Shown: positions 38,293 to 49,717 of the stretch, in pieces | How positions within the stretch are numbered: position 1 is the stretch's first letter | How the letters are laid out: every line of letters begins with the position of its first letter | Source: Geosiphon pyriformis uo1 | Lineage: Eukaryota > Fungi > Glomeromycota | NCBI GenBank assembly: GCA_016748015.1 | Contig: JAAOMT010000706.1 | Location: 754,679-804,395 of the forward strand | DNA: 49,717 nucleotides | Direction: 5' to 3' | Program-made: the position numbers and the translations under genes | Notes under the pieces: model-generated | The model's input: only the letters and a program-made list of their open reading frames with translations | What the model was told of the DNA's origin: nothing | Databases searched by the model: none

Positions 38293-41200
38293 ATGGAAAA
38301 TTACGAGCAAAACTGGGAAAAAGCTATAAAATCGTTAAATGGCAACACAGCTGGATTCATGGGACTCCGTAACATGACAAAGGTTAACAATTGTTTTATG
38401 GTGTTTTACGAATACAGCATATATAAACTTATCTAAGCCACAGAAAACTCTTTTTATTTTTACTTAGGCATTTTTTACTGTAATGAATTGGATGGATCCC
38501 AACCGGTTTAAACCCAATCATTCTTACGGTAATCTTTCTATTGGCTTTTTGTTGACTACTATTATCAAAGTATTTATTATCATTTATATATTGATCAAAC
38601 ATGAAGGGATTCCGCAAGAAGTTCATGATAGCGTGAATATACTTTTAGGTACTCCATTAGAGCAGCGTTTGATTGAATGGTACTTAGGTATTTTAAAAAA
38701 ATTGTATATTCGCAATTAATTTCTCTATATAAGCGACAATATAATAGGGTGATTTGAATTTATAATTCAGATGCAGTGTATCAAGATTTTTCCAAGTTGT
38801 TTAATGAAAAGCTTCAGAGATGGCGTGATACTTGGAAGGTACACGATTATATTCTGAATTTCTTATTTTTAAAATTGATATTAATCAAGTTTTTCAAATA
38901 GAACTTTCGAGCTAACCATTCTTCAGACGATTCATTAGAGGTCTGGGTTGCGAAATCTTACACTGAGATCATATCTGAAATTCATTCACATTACAAGAAA
39001 TGTGAAACCCTATTTTTAATTTTGGCCAACCGGTATATATAATTTCTTTAAGTAATTCAGTTTTATCAAGTTTCAGTTTTTACCGTGAATTATATCTCTA
39101 AATGATCAAGCAGGACCGAAGCCATATTGCTATATGAATTACGATATAACACGATGCTGCATTCCTCACTCCAAGATCAGTCAAAACCTTATTCGGCGAC
39201 ATCATCTTCATTTAAAGAAATGACGAAATTAGTATATCGAAGAAATTATAAAATATTTGTGCAACTTCGGAAGAACCAGGTTTCATTACCTGGAACTTCT
39301 CTTTCCTATCTGAATAAGAAAGATAGTCCTCTCAATGAGAGCGAACTTTTTACTTGGAAATCGAAGGATGACTTGAATGCCATTGTCGCCTCCCAAGAGA
39401 AAGGTGACAATCGAATTGAACAACACGACTTAAGTATCGATGATACTAATCTCTCTAGCGACGAAGAGTCAGAAGAAAGTTGTGAAGAAGCGCAAAATTT
39501 TTCTTCTATTGAAGACATAACTACAGATTTTCGCACCTTCTTGGTGCTGTGTAAACAGTTGGATGAACTTGATCTTATCGTTCGTACAAAGGACATTTTG
39601 GAAGAATTGCTCTGTGAATTAATTGAAGAAAGAATTCAAAAAACTTGTGGAAAAGTTTTCGACAAACCACATTTACGTCGGTCTACCAATTGGCTTTATA
39701 GCTCCTTATATAGCTGGCTACAAGTTGTTCTTCTTCCAGAAATCCAAGCAAATACGGAAACTGCCAAAGGTATGATGACAAAGATTTACCAGTTTTTAAA
39801 TATGATCGAATAAATCTTTATTTTATCAAAAAGAGAAAATGACAAGGTGGTCGCAACGTTTGAATTACCATTTTTGTATGGTGTTTTGTGATCTAAGGTA
39901 ATTAACTCAATTCTTCATATTCAAAATATTTTTTAATTGAAATCTCTTTTCTTTATTAAATAGAATTTCACAAATGTTCGACTTGATTGTCGATTTTCCC
40001 GAATCTAAGCCAGCAATTGAGGATCTATTGGTTTCTATCATGAGTTTACTATCTTAAGCTCTTTGTTTTATATTTATTAACTTAACAATCCCTATTCATT
40101 AGATGTGTATGGATAAATTAGATCAAGATCATCGATATCGGCTGGTTCAATCCTTACACTCTTCGTAAATGTTATAAATCGTTTGCTTTTAATAAAGGAA
40201 TAAAACTTAATATTTGATTTATTCTTTAGGTTTCGTAAACGGCTGCTTATTCCTGGTGCTACTACAACAGATATTCTTAAGACCTACATATCCACAATAA
40301 AATGTCTCAGGTTATTGGATCCTCCCGGTGTTCTTCTAGAGAAAGTTACTAGTTCAATTCGTAGTTACTTGAGGTATATAATATTGCGTATAAGTTCCAA
40401 ACTTTCTATTTACTTGTATTTGTAATTTTTATTAAAACTTACCACAGAGGTCGTTCAGATACTGTGCAATGCCTAGTATCTTGTTGGATGGACGAAAAAA
40501 ATCCAAATAGTGAGCTGATTGAAGAACTCGGTAGGGCTACAATTCCAGTTCCAGATCACGAAGATGAGAATGCCGAATTCGATAACGATAATTGGGGCAC
40601 TTGGGTTCCTGATCCTATGGATGCTGGTCCAAGTATGAAGTTTATTTTTTAATGATATTTTTATACTTGCTCGTTCTCTGAAAGATTTTCAAATGTTTAT
40701 TATAGATTACAAATCTACAATCTATCGGTCGGCCGATATCACGAATATACTCATTAGCATATTTGATAATCCTGATGTCATCATAGAAGAAATTCAAAAA
40801 CAGATGGCTTATCGTCTATTGGCAATAACAGATTATGACACCACTAAAGAGGCATTAATTTTTAGTTGCTATTCTTTTGATTTTTTTAAAAACATTAATA
40901 TTCGAGTCAAGTTGATCAATACAGGTGGCAAAGCTCGAATTGTTTAAGCTTAGATTTGAGGAAACGAAGATGGCTCACACGGAGGTCATGATCAAAGATA
41001 TCGCTGATTCAAAGAGAATGGATAATCTTGTACACACGTGTGGATATCTTGCTCCCCAGCCATCAGATGGTACAGCTGCTAGTAATTCAGAGGAATCGGG
41101 GGAGGTTAGCAAACGATCCTGTCAATCTGTATATTATATAGTTACATTTATTATAATGGTTCGTGTTCTCGGAATGTCAGGCACCTCTTCACGCTCATAT

Positions 41201-42083
41201 CATATCCAAATTATTTTGGCCACCGCCCAAAAACGAAGAGCTTTTACCTCCAGATCCGATTCAAGAGTATGATATTGATTTCCTAAATATCATACAGTTG
41301 ACTGATTTTGTAAAACCTCCTAACAAGACTTTATTGAAGCATGGTATACAAATTCGAGGGAACCTACACAATTCATAAGCAGAGAAGAAAATTGGAATGG
41401 TTTCCTAATTTAGGGACAGTTGATTTAAAGATTGAACTCGAGGATCGAACGCTAGAGTTGAGCGTGGCACCTGTATATGCAACTATTATTTATCACTTTC
41501 AAAAACAAGGTTTGTCCCTGCGTAGATATTTTTCAGACAGCGTTTCTTGGATGAATTAATTGAAATAATGATGTTTATATCTACTATAAGAAACATGGTG
41601 GCTTGATGCGCTAGCTGATAAGATGAATATGGACCCAGCTAAGTTGCGAAAAAAAATACCATTCTGGATTGATCGTGGTGTACTAAAATCTGTCGGGCCG
41701 GATTTATGGAAATTATTGGAAAAGTCTGAAGGAACAAACGCCGGAGGTAAATAACATTTTTCTAGATATATATTGGAAAATCTTGCCGCTTCAATTTTTC
41801 TCGATTTTTAGCTTTCATATCCACTGACGAGTCAAACATCGCCATTCAAACCATCGAGCGAGAACGCCTGGATGAGCTTCGTGTATATTGGACATTTATT
41901 CAGACAATGCTCACGAATCTCGGCGCTTTATCGTTGGATCGCATTCACAATATGCTTATTACGGTGGTACAAACTCCACGATACACTGCCAAGGTGGATG
42001 AATTGAAAGAGTATTTGGGTTTATGTATGCGCGAAGAAAAGATAGAGCAAATTGGCAGCCTTTATCAATTAAAGGATCTCTAA
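38293..42083 (+). CDS. APC2: Anaphase-promoting complex subunit 2 (cullin-like; many exons)
   Basis: MFDLIVDFPESKPAIEDL, RLLIPGATTTDILKTYISTIKCLRLLDPPGVLLEKV, YLRGRSDTVQCLV, WVPDPMDAGP, EVMIKDIADSKR, IISKLFWP, RKLEWFPNLGTVDLKIELEDR, MLTNLGALSLDRIHNML. Stop at 42081-42083; start codon inferred. Confidence 0.93.
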
Positions 42084-42914
42084 ATTTAAAGATATTTGAT
42101 AATGCTTTGAAAATAACTAAACAGAAATTAATATCACAGTGATAAATATGATCAGATAGTTTATAAATTCTACGATGATGAAAACAATTTAGGGTTTTAA
42201 CAAAAATTAACATATAGGCAAATAAAACAAACCTTTATTTTTTTAAGTGTGATCCAACTACAATCTAAGAATACGCAACAGGGAATATTACATATTTGGT
42301 GCAGCTCACGCGCTTTCTACGTGTGATCAGCCACGTGGTTTTTATATTTCAAACAATCTATTTAATAATTTATTTGTTACATTGAATAAACTTGATTTAT
42401 TTTATAAAAGTTTTTATTATAATATTATTTTTTATATAAGTACTGGTTAAAATTTATTATTATTATTGAAAGGACATTTTCTTCAAAATTAAGTTGATGC
42501 ATTGTAAAATAATAGTGTTAACCAACTCCCAAACTTTAGAATCAATTCTAAAGATTAGAAAAGTTGCCAAAAATTTTTTGGATTGACTTTATTTTTTTCA
42601 AATCAAAATAAATCTTAAAATTAAAATTGATAAAATATATTTGTATTAGTTAGTATTTATTTATTAAATGCAATACAATATTAAACATCTAATTTTAATA
42701 TAATGTTATATAATAAAATTTTCAAATAAATAAAGTGTTTCAATTCAATTTCTTTATTTAAAGATTATATCAAAATATGCAAAAAGAAAGAAATTTAATT
42801 TGAAACTAAAGTGAAAAATGTTTTTTAAAGTCAAAGTTTTATTATTTAAACTATATTTAACAATAGTTAAAACAGCATTTTTTTTGTCGGATTAAAAAAC
42901 TCAATAAAAGATTA

Positions 42915-42948
42915 ACAATAACAATAATAATAATAATAATAATAATAA
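42915..42948. repeat. (AAT)n/(AAC) microsatellite
   Basis: aacaataacaataataataat... directly visible. Confidence 0.85.
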
Positions 42949-45165
42949 TTTTGCATTTATATAATTAAATGTTCTTAAATACAGCTACAATTAAATTTAA
43001 CATTGTTGTTATTTAAAAATCTTTACTTTCAGCATTTTATAATTATTTTCGTTTTATTAGTAAGACATTAAAAATATTAAAAGAATAATATTTTAATGGT
43101 TTTAAGTCTATCTCGAAACTTTAATAGGTGGTAAAAAATTTGAGTATTTATCCCCATACCACTAAAAATAATAAATAAAAATTTTCCCCATATTATTTTG
43201 TTGATATCCGAATTTTGAAAACTGGAATTTGCTAAATTGAATTTTCTCTTCGATGAAAGAAGTAAAGTGATGTTAGTACCATTTTTGATAACGTTAATAA
43301 GACCTTTTTGATTTATGAATTTATTATGGATTACCTCACAATTATAAGTTTTCTTTAAGATCAAAACTCTTTGGAGTAAGAGTGAATGAATTATTAATTC
43401 TTTTATCCTTCAATTGATCCTTTCCGAAAAAGCTTTCTAAAAAATGGATGAAGTTTGTTCTAAACTTATATTACTTCTAAACTTTTTTTCAAATATTAAT
43501 TTTCAATGATTTGCTAGAGTAGATAAAAGATTTATGTTAAAGCCGTTAAAGAAGGATATGAAAGTTGCATTTGCACATTCTCGTTCGTGCATCTTATCAA
43601 AAGGTTAAATCAGGAAGTAGGTGGGAAATTCGAGTTTAGTATTTAATAATAATGTGCAAGGATGTGAAACCGAAATGGAAAGTTAAATTTCCTCTCAGAA
43701 TTTATTTAACTAGAAACGTTTTTAAAAAATTCTCTTGTTAATAGTATAGGTCTCCAATGTCGTATGAGCCTCGAGCCCTCTTTGGATGTACATATATAAA
43801 GTTAAGATGAATAGCATTGTTTCGTTTTTTGAGTAGCTACTGCAGTGGGAACTAGCCCAATGTAAATTTTCATTTTTTTTAACGTGATAATTTATCTTTA
43901 GTGTGTCAAGCAACCCGAAGTTCTTTATCGAAATGCTATTTTTTATGATTCACAGAAAACCAAGGTGATCAAGTCGCGGTCTTTCCCAAGGAGTGAAAAG
44001 CTTGGAAAAGCTGTCAATCAAATCTCAGCTTGCAAGCAGCTGCATTTACTATCCATTGAGTAATAAGGTTCAAAGAAAAATGGAAAAATCTCAAACATTT
44101 TCATAAAATTCTTAAAAGTTATGCATCTCTATGAAATTTTGATGACAAAAAACCTTTTAAAAGTGAATTACATACCCTAGAAAATTTAATTGAGGCTTCT
44201 TTTTTTTCTCTCCTTTTTTCATTGATTTAAAAGTTATTGGCTCTTTTAGCTGTTAGCCTTTGTGATAGGCTTTTAAATATCTTAAATAATTCATAAAGCT
44301 CAGTAGTTTCTTGGTAATTTTGAGATTAAGCAATAACAGTAAGTTTTGTTGAATCAAATTATCAAAAAATAATTCTATTTAAAAAACGTGAGTTAATCTA
44401 ATATGTATCTTGTAATTTTTATTATTAAATTTTGAATTAAATCAAATATATGAAAATGGTGATTATAATTCAATGTTTTAGAATTCAGTTATTAAAATTA
44501 AAAAGCTTCACTATTTTTAAATATAAAATAAAATAATGTATGTCAATATATTTGTGTAATAAAATCATTAATTCAATTTTTAATTGAAAAATTTCCAATT
44601 TTGAATTTTGGTTAGTATTACCATTTAAACTTTAAAATGATATATCTTTAGTATGCGAAAATATTATTTCAAAATGTTGAACGACAATTATAGTAAAACC
44701 TATGTATTCAAGCAAATTTTAACTCAATAATAAAGTTTTTAATTACTTAATACTTTTTAGGTGAGCAATGAGTTTTGCTTGATATTATTAGTCTCCCATT
44801 AAAGCTATAATGTGGTCTCCCATCTGGTAAAAAATATTTAAATCAATGAGATTGGTACCTCAATTAAAATACTTGATGAAATTTCAGGTTAGAACTTTTG
44901 ATTTTTATGTTCTATTAAAAACGCAACGACTGGATTTTTAAGCTTTCTAAAAATACGGGTATCATATATCAAATGAAATTTGTTCTTTTCTTTGAGAGCT
45001 CCATTAATTAATAGATTATCTAAAAAGCTCTCAAACAATTATTCAGATTGATAAAACAAGATAGCTAAAATCCCTATATTTAAGGGTTATGGACAATTAC
45101 TGTGACCACTAGAAATCAACAGAAAATATTGAGCGATAATTAAAGCCTAAATGACAGATGTAAAC

Positions 45166-46578
45166 CTATTTTAATTCATCTTTGTGCGTCTTGACAAAAT
45201 CTTCAAGAGATGTAGGAGAACGCCCAGTCAAAGCCTTAAAGTCATCAACTTCAACAAAGTTAGTTTTATTGGCTTTGACTAAGTCGTAAAACTCAATCAA
45301 GAGGTTGCGTTCGCTCTCGTCTAGTTGCTATTAAATTAAAAAGAATGAGGTTGTGTAAAATAAATTTGATTGAGCGGAAATGCAGCATTTACCTTGACTT
45401 TAGACAAAATCTTGCGAGCTTCCTCATTAGAAATATTTTCAAATTCAAGTTTACTACCGAGAACCTTTCCAATGCGCTCAGCCATTTCATGACCGCTTAG
45501 TGCTTCCTCACCTATAACATGATAAATAAATTAGTGAAACGAAAAGATTGCCGTTGCAAATCCTTGAGCTAAATCACGAACCCGTCAAGGTAATGGGTTT
45601 TCCATGATATTCTTTCAACTTTTCGGGATGAGCAAGCATAACACAGGCAGCCTCGGAAACATCTTTGAGAGCAGCGGGAGCGAACTTGCCATTATTAATT
45701 GGAATAGGAAGTTTGCCCTTTTTCATTTGTTCCTTGTAAAGAAGGATATTTTCAGTGTAAAAATTGGCACTAAAAACATGTAATTAGCGTTAAATTTTTC
45801 TCGAATAAATAGTTGAATTATATCTGAACTTTTGAATACCGCATAATAACAAGTTGTTCGAAGCTAGCGTGCTTGGCAGCTTTCTCAATCTCCAGAAAGT
45901 GCGCAATGTGAGGTTGCTCCTTAGGATCAGCGATATCGGTTGTAGCCGTTGAGATTAAGACGCAATTCTTGATACCAGCACTCTCACACGCTTTGATCAA
46001 ATTCTGAGAACGATGAACCTGATGAAAGCAAAGTTATATTGTTCATGTAAAAGGTTAATCTTAAAGTTGTTAAAATTTCTAAAACATTTCAATTACCTTA
46101 TCTTCCTTAGTCGGAGGGATTAAAACGACAATGTCGGCTAAAAGAATTCAAGAAAGTGCAGATCAATATGAGCAAGAAATGAAAGATTCAGAAACCGCCT
46201 TACCTTTAATCTTATCATTAAAATTATCAGAAGAGTCAAACTAAAAAAATTCCATTTACTGTTAAATAAAAACTCTTCAGCTAAAGTCGACTATCAGCAA
46301 TTATGACTACCTGGAAGACATGAACGCCTTTCTTTTCGAGTTCTTTACACTCATTTACGTTTTCGGCAGTTGCATAGATTTCTTTGACCTTTGCTTTGAA
46401 GCGAAAGTTCGAGACAAGTTGATTAGCGATTTCGTAACCAGTATAACCGTCGGCAGTTGTAATGAGGACGTTCTAAAATTTACGAATTCAACATCGGGAC
46501 GATTGCCAAGAACCAACAAGTTATTGGACAAAATAAGTGAGAAAATAAAAACAAATAGTAGCAAGAAACCTCAACCAT
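45166..46578 (-). CDS. NmrA-like NAD(P)-binding Rossmann-fold protein (multi-exon)
   Basis: MVE|NVLITTADGYTGYEIANQL; VVLIPPTKED; LIKACESAGIKNCVLIS; IEK; NFYTENILLY; GKFAPAALKDVSEAA; TLTG|EEALSGHEMAE; FKALTGRSPTSLEDFV. Confidence 0.85.
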
Positions 46579-46960
46579 TTTTATCCTACAGATTTAGAGG
46601 AAATCAAATGGGTTGTGTAGAACAGCAAAAATCTAGATGAGCTCTTTGAAAAGATGATGCTCTTGCAAAGACACACCTAGATTGGTTGAATTGGGGTTGA
46701 TATTTATATATTTTTGGATCCCATTCTTTTAAACCGATGATGCGATCTAGCTACATTTCGAAAGATATATTACTGTTAACAAAATATTAATCAGCTACAA
46801 AGTCTGATTGAAATAGAGTAAAACAGAATTTTGAGTTGCGAAGTTATCTTTGAGTCTTATCACTAATTTATCGTAGCAATTATATAATATTATGACAGAA
46901 TTAACGTCATGGTAACTGAATAAAAGTCACTTTCATGAGATTTTTATAATTAAATATTCG

Positions 46961-47096
46961 AAAGAAGACCTACTATACTTTTCGATCAATAGAGCTTCTT
47001 TTTCCCATTATACTCACACTTTCTCACACTCCAAAGAAGACCTACAATACTTTTCGATCAATAGAGCTTCTTTTTCTCATTATACTAACACTTTCT
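46961..47096 (+). repeat. Tandem direct duplication (72-bp period; 64-bp aligned core, 3 mismatches) in the NmrA/HSP20 divergent promoter
   Basis: aaagaagacctac(t/a)atacttttcgatcaatagagcttctttttc(c/t)cattatact(c/a)acactttct starts at 46961 and 47033. Confidence 0.95.
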
Positions 47097-47173
47097 TAAG
47101 TCATAATAATAGATATAAAGTTTTACACTCCCAGTCCTGCACAGGTATACGTGAATTTAGCAAAATAACCAAC

Positions 47174-48135
47174 ATGACAACTCGTAGAACTGACCCCCAT
47201 ATCTCTGGTCGATGTGGGGACAATAACGTTAATCGTAAAAGTGGTTTTAATAAAGGTGGAAGATTTTATGGCTATGATCAAGGAAGCCGATTCAGTGATT
47301 TCAGTGGCGAACCCCGTGATCAATGTGAAGGATACGATCGTGATTATAATGATGCCTTCAGCCGAAATTGCTATGATTTCGCTGATTTAAGAGAACGTGG
47401 TGAAAAGTGAGTCTTTCATTTTTTCCTTCGGAAAATAATTTTATATGTGGCAGTAAAATATTTATATAGTGGTCGAAGGCATGATTTTGGCAAAATACGA
47501 CCTTTCGGTATTCGTGATGACATCACTAGCGATTGGCTTCCTGATTGGTAAATAAAACTCTGAATATTTTATATGTGAAGCAATAAATCTAATTATTGTT
47601 TGGATTTTAGGGATGTTAATGATACTGAAGAAGCTGTCACTGTAATTATGGAGGTATTTCTCGATTAACATAGAAAAATATCGAAAATTTAACTTATTGA
47701 AATGAATGACCAATTTTCTTTAAAGGTCCCTGGAATTAAGAAAGAAGATATTGGAATTGAGGTTAAAGATGGACTTCTTATTCTTCAGGCTAATCGCCAA
47801 TACGATGACAATTTGAACACCGCTGAGAGTGTTTACTTGCGTGAACGTGAATTTGGCAAATTTAAACGTCGCTTCAAGTTACCAGAGGTAAAACAAATGC
47901 TGTTAGCTGGTTACAAAAAAAATCCAGATATTCTAAATTTTGAGATATAGGGCTGCGACATCTCCAAGATCACGGCCAAGTTGCAAGACGGTTTGATTGA
48001 GGTTAAGGTAATGAATTTACATTAATTTAACTTCTCGCCATGCAAAATTCCCTTTTTAGTTTAACCGGGACTCCATCTTTATAAAAGATTCCTAAAGGCA
48101 TAGGATCTCCCGGTATCCGCGTTAATATCGAATGA
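47174..48135 (+). CDS. Small heat shock protein (HSP20/alpha-crystallin domain; 6 exons)
   Basis: WLPDW|DVNDTEEAVTVIME|VPGIKKEDIGIEVKDGLLILQANR...RERE FGKFKRRFKLPE|GCDISKITAKLQDGLIEVK|IPK...IRVNIE*. Confidence 0.92.
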
Positions 48136-49717
48136 AGGAGCAACGATTTTTCTACCTTTGGATTGTTTATTTGAAGTATCAAAAATTTTAGTAGCAAGCA
48201 ATATATTTTTCTATAGGTACTAAAATCCTCTATCTGAAAATAGCACCAAAGCTAGTGAGAATAATGATCTTCCGTAGTAACTATGTGTGCAAATAATTAA
48301 GAACTCAAGTAGGAAAAATCCTTGAGCGTCATTTAGGTCCCGATTAATATCAAGTGGAATTTTGCTTGTATATGTTTCAAATCTGGCTGTTATCACAATT
48401 TTGTCATATTCTGCTTTTTACATCTAATTAAATCTCGAAATGTATTTTCTTCAATAGGCTTAATTAGCCAGCAATAATAGCTCAAATAGTGACACATGAC
48501 GTTGATCACTATGTCTTCAATTTTGTTGGATAATTACGATAGTATTACCCACTAGACTAAGATATATACCAATAGACGCAGAAATGACTGTATTTTTTTT
48601 TTTTCTGTTTTCTGTTTTGTTTGAAACAGCCGACACCATTTCCTTCACCTTACCTATGCTATTTCAAATGGGTTGGATTTCCCAGGTGATAATAATAGTC
48701 AATCAGTTCTTGATTTATTCGCTCAGACGATATTGAGAATGTCTCTGTTTTGCTGTAGTCTCGCCATCGTCATTGTCTCCTTGTTGTTTCGCCGTCATTT
48801 TACCGTCACTTCGACTTCGGAAATGGTTAGTCGTGACTATTATGACATTACCCAGACGTATAATCACAAATATACAAAACTCATAACACTTCGAAAAGTC
48901 TATAATATAAAGAAGATTCAATTTGAATCCAGTTCAAGCAAAGTAACTGTATATTGATGTCGTTTTTTCGTTTTAAAAAGATCAGTTGTAGACATTCGAA
49001 AAAAACAACCAATTTATTTTAATAAATTTGCTTTAAATGATTGTTGATAAATTTGCATACGTGACTCACCATCAACAAATTAAGCTTGTTTTAAAGGTTG
49101 TATTTCTTTGCTGATATTTTAATAGTAAATGAAATAAAGGCTTAAACATTGATATTATTATTGCTAATATTGTTGTTAATAAATCCAAATAAGAAAAGTA
49201 TAACCACTAGAATTAATAACTGCAAAATAATTTTTTTTCTTGGTTATTGTGAAATTTTCATAAATTTTTTTAAGTGTAGTCCTTTCATAATTATTTGCAT
49301 AATACATGTACATGTTCAAAGTAAATGTAAATTAAACATTTTTTTATACATGACTAGATATCTGAACTACCAGTATTTACAATTATTTTAAACAATTTTT
49401 TTAGTCTTATTGGCCTTAACAGTTTTTAAAATTTACAAAGATTACTTTTTACAATTCCAGTAAATAAATAGTTCTATTAGGATTTACAAAGCTTTCAGTC
49501 ATTATTCGAGACAATATATTCAATAAAATATTTACATATTTCAATCTTGGAAAAGAAGATTTAAACAAGTTATTAATAATACATAAATAGACTTTTTTAA
49601 TAAAAATTTATTTAAGAGACAAAACCAAATTAAAAAAAGTATATTTTCTTTATTAAAGAAACAAAAAAAATTTTGTAAGAGTTATTATTATGAAAGTTAA
49701 ACTTTGAATTTAAATTT

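Noticed and set aside
43077-43480. Possible minus-strand pseudogene fragment
   Set aside because: No recognisable domain or consistent splice structure.
46961-47096. CRISPR-like array
   Set aside because: Only two long copies, no spacers or cas genes, and a eukaryotic context.
48630-48957. Possible exon with a hydrophobic stretch after a pyrimidine tract and CAG
   Set aside because: No upstream exon or start found and no family recognised; needs RNA-seq.

Overview
Eukaryotic, AT-rich fungal genomic DNA with short GT-AG introns. Gene content and the type of degenerate retroelement point to Glomeromycotina/Mucoromycota, possibly Geosiphon pyriformis (inference). Islands of spliced genes alternate with extremely AT-rich decayed repeat blocks (~2.1-8.1 kb, ~26.8-28.6 kb, ~31.3-36.5 kb, ~42.3-43 kb). 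Genes reconstructed by hand: a small cationic secreted protein with a beta/gamma-crystallin-like pattern, a JEN1-family MFS transporter with a remodelled substrate motif, a pepsin-family aspartic protease, a bacterial-like alpha/beta hydrolase, a secreted kelch single-pass membrane protein, a nitrile-specifier-protein-like kelch protein, a hotdog-fold thioesterase, a Pro/Thr-rich repetitive surface protein, clathrin light chain, a bacterial-type cytidylate kinase (Cmk), mitochondrial uL4, APC2, an NmrA-like protein and a small HSP. A 5'-truncated RNase H-containing non-LTR retrotransposon relic lies in the largest AT block. The most interesting signals are the crystallin/MiAMP1-like secreted peptide, transition-dominated (RIP-like or methylation-driven) repeat decay, intron-containing bacterial-type genes, and a 31-bp motif recurring next to AT blocks. 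No single multi-gene novel system could be demonstrated from sequence alone.
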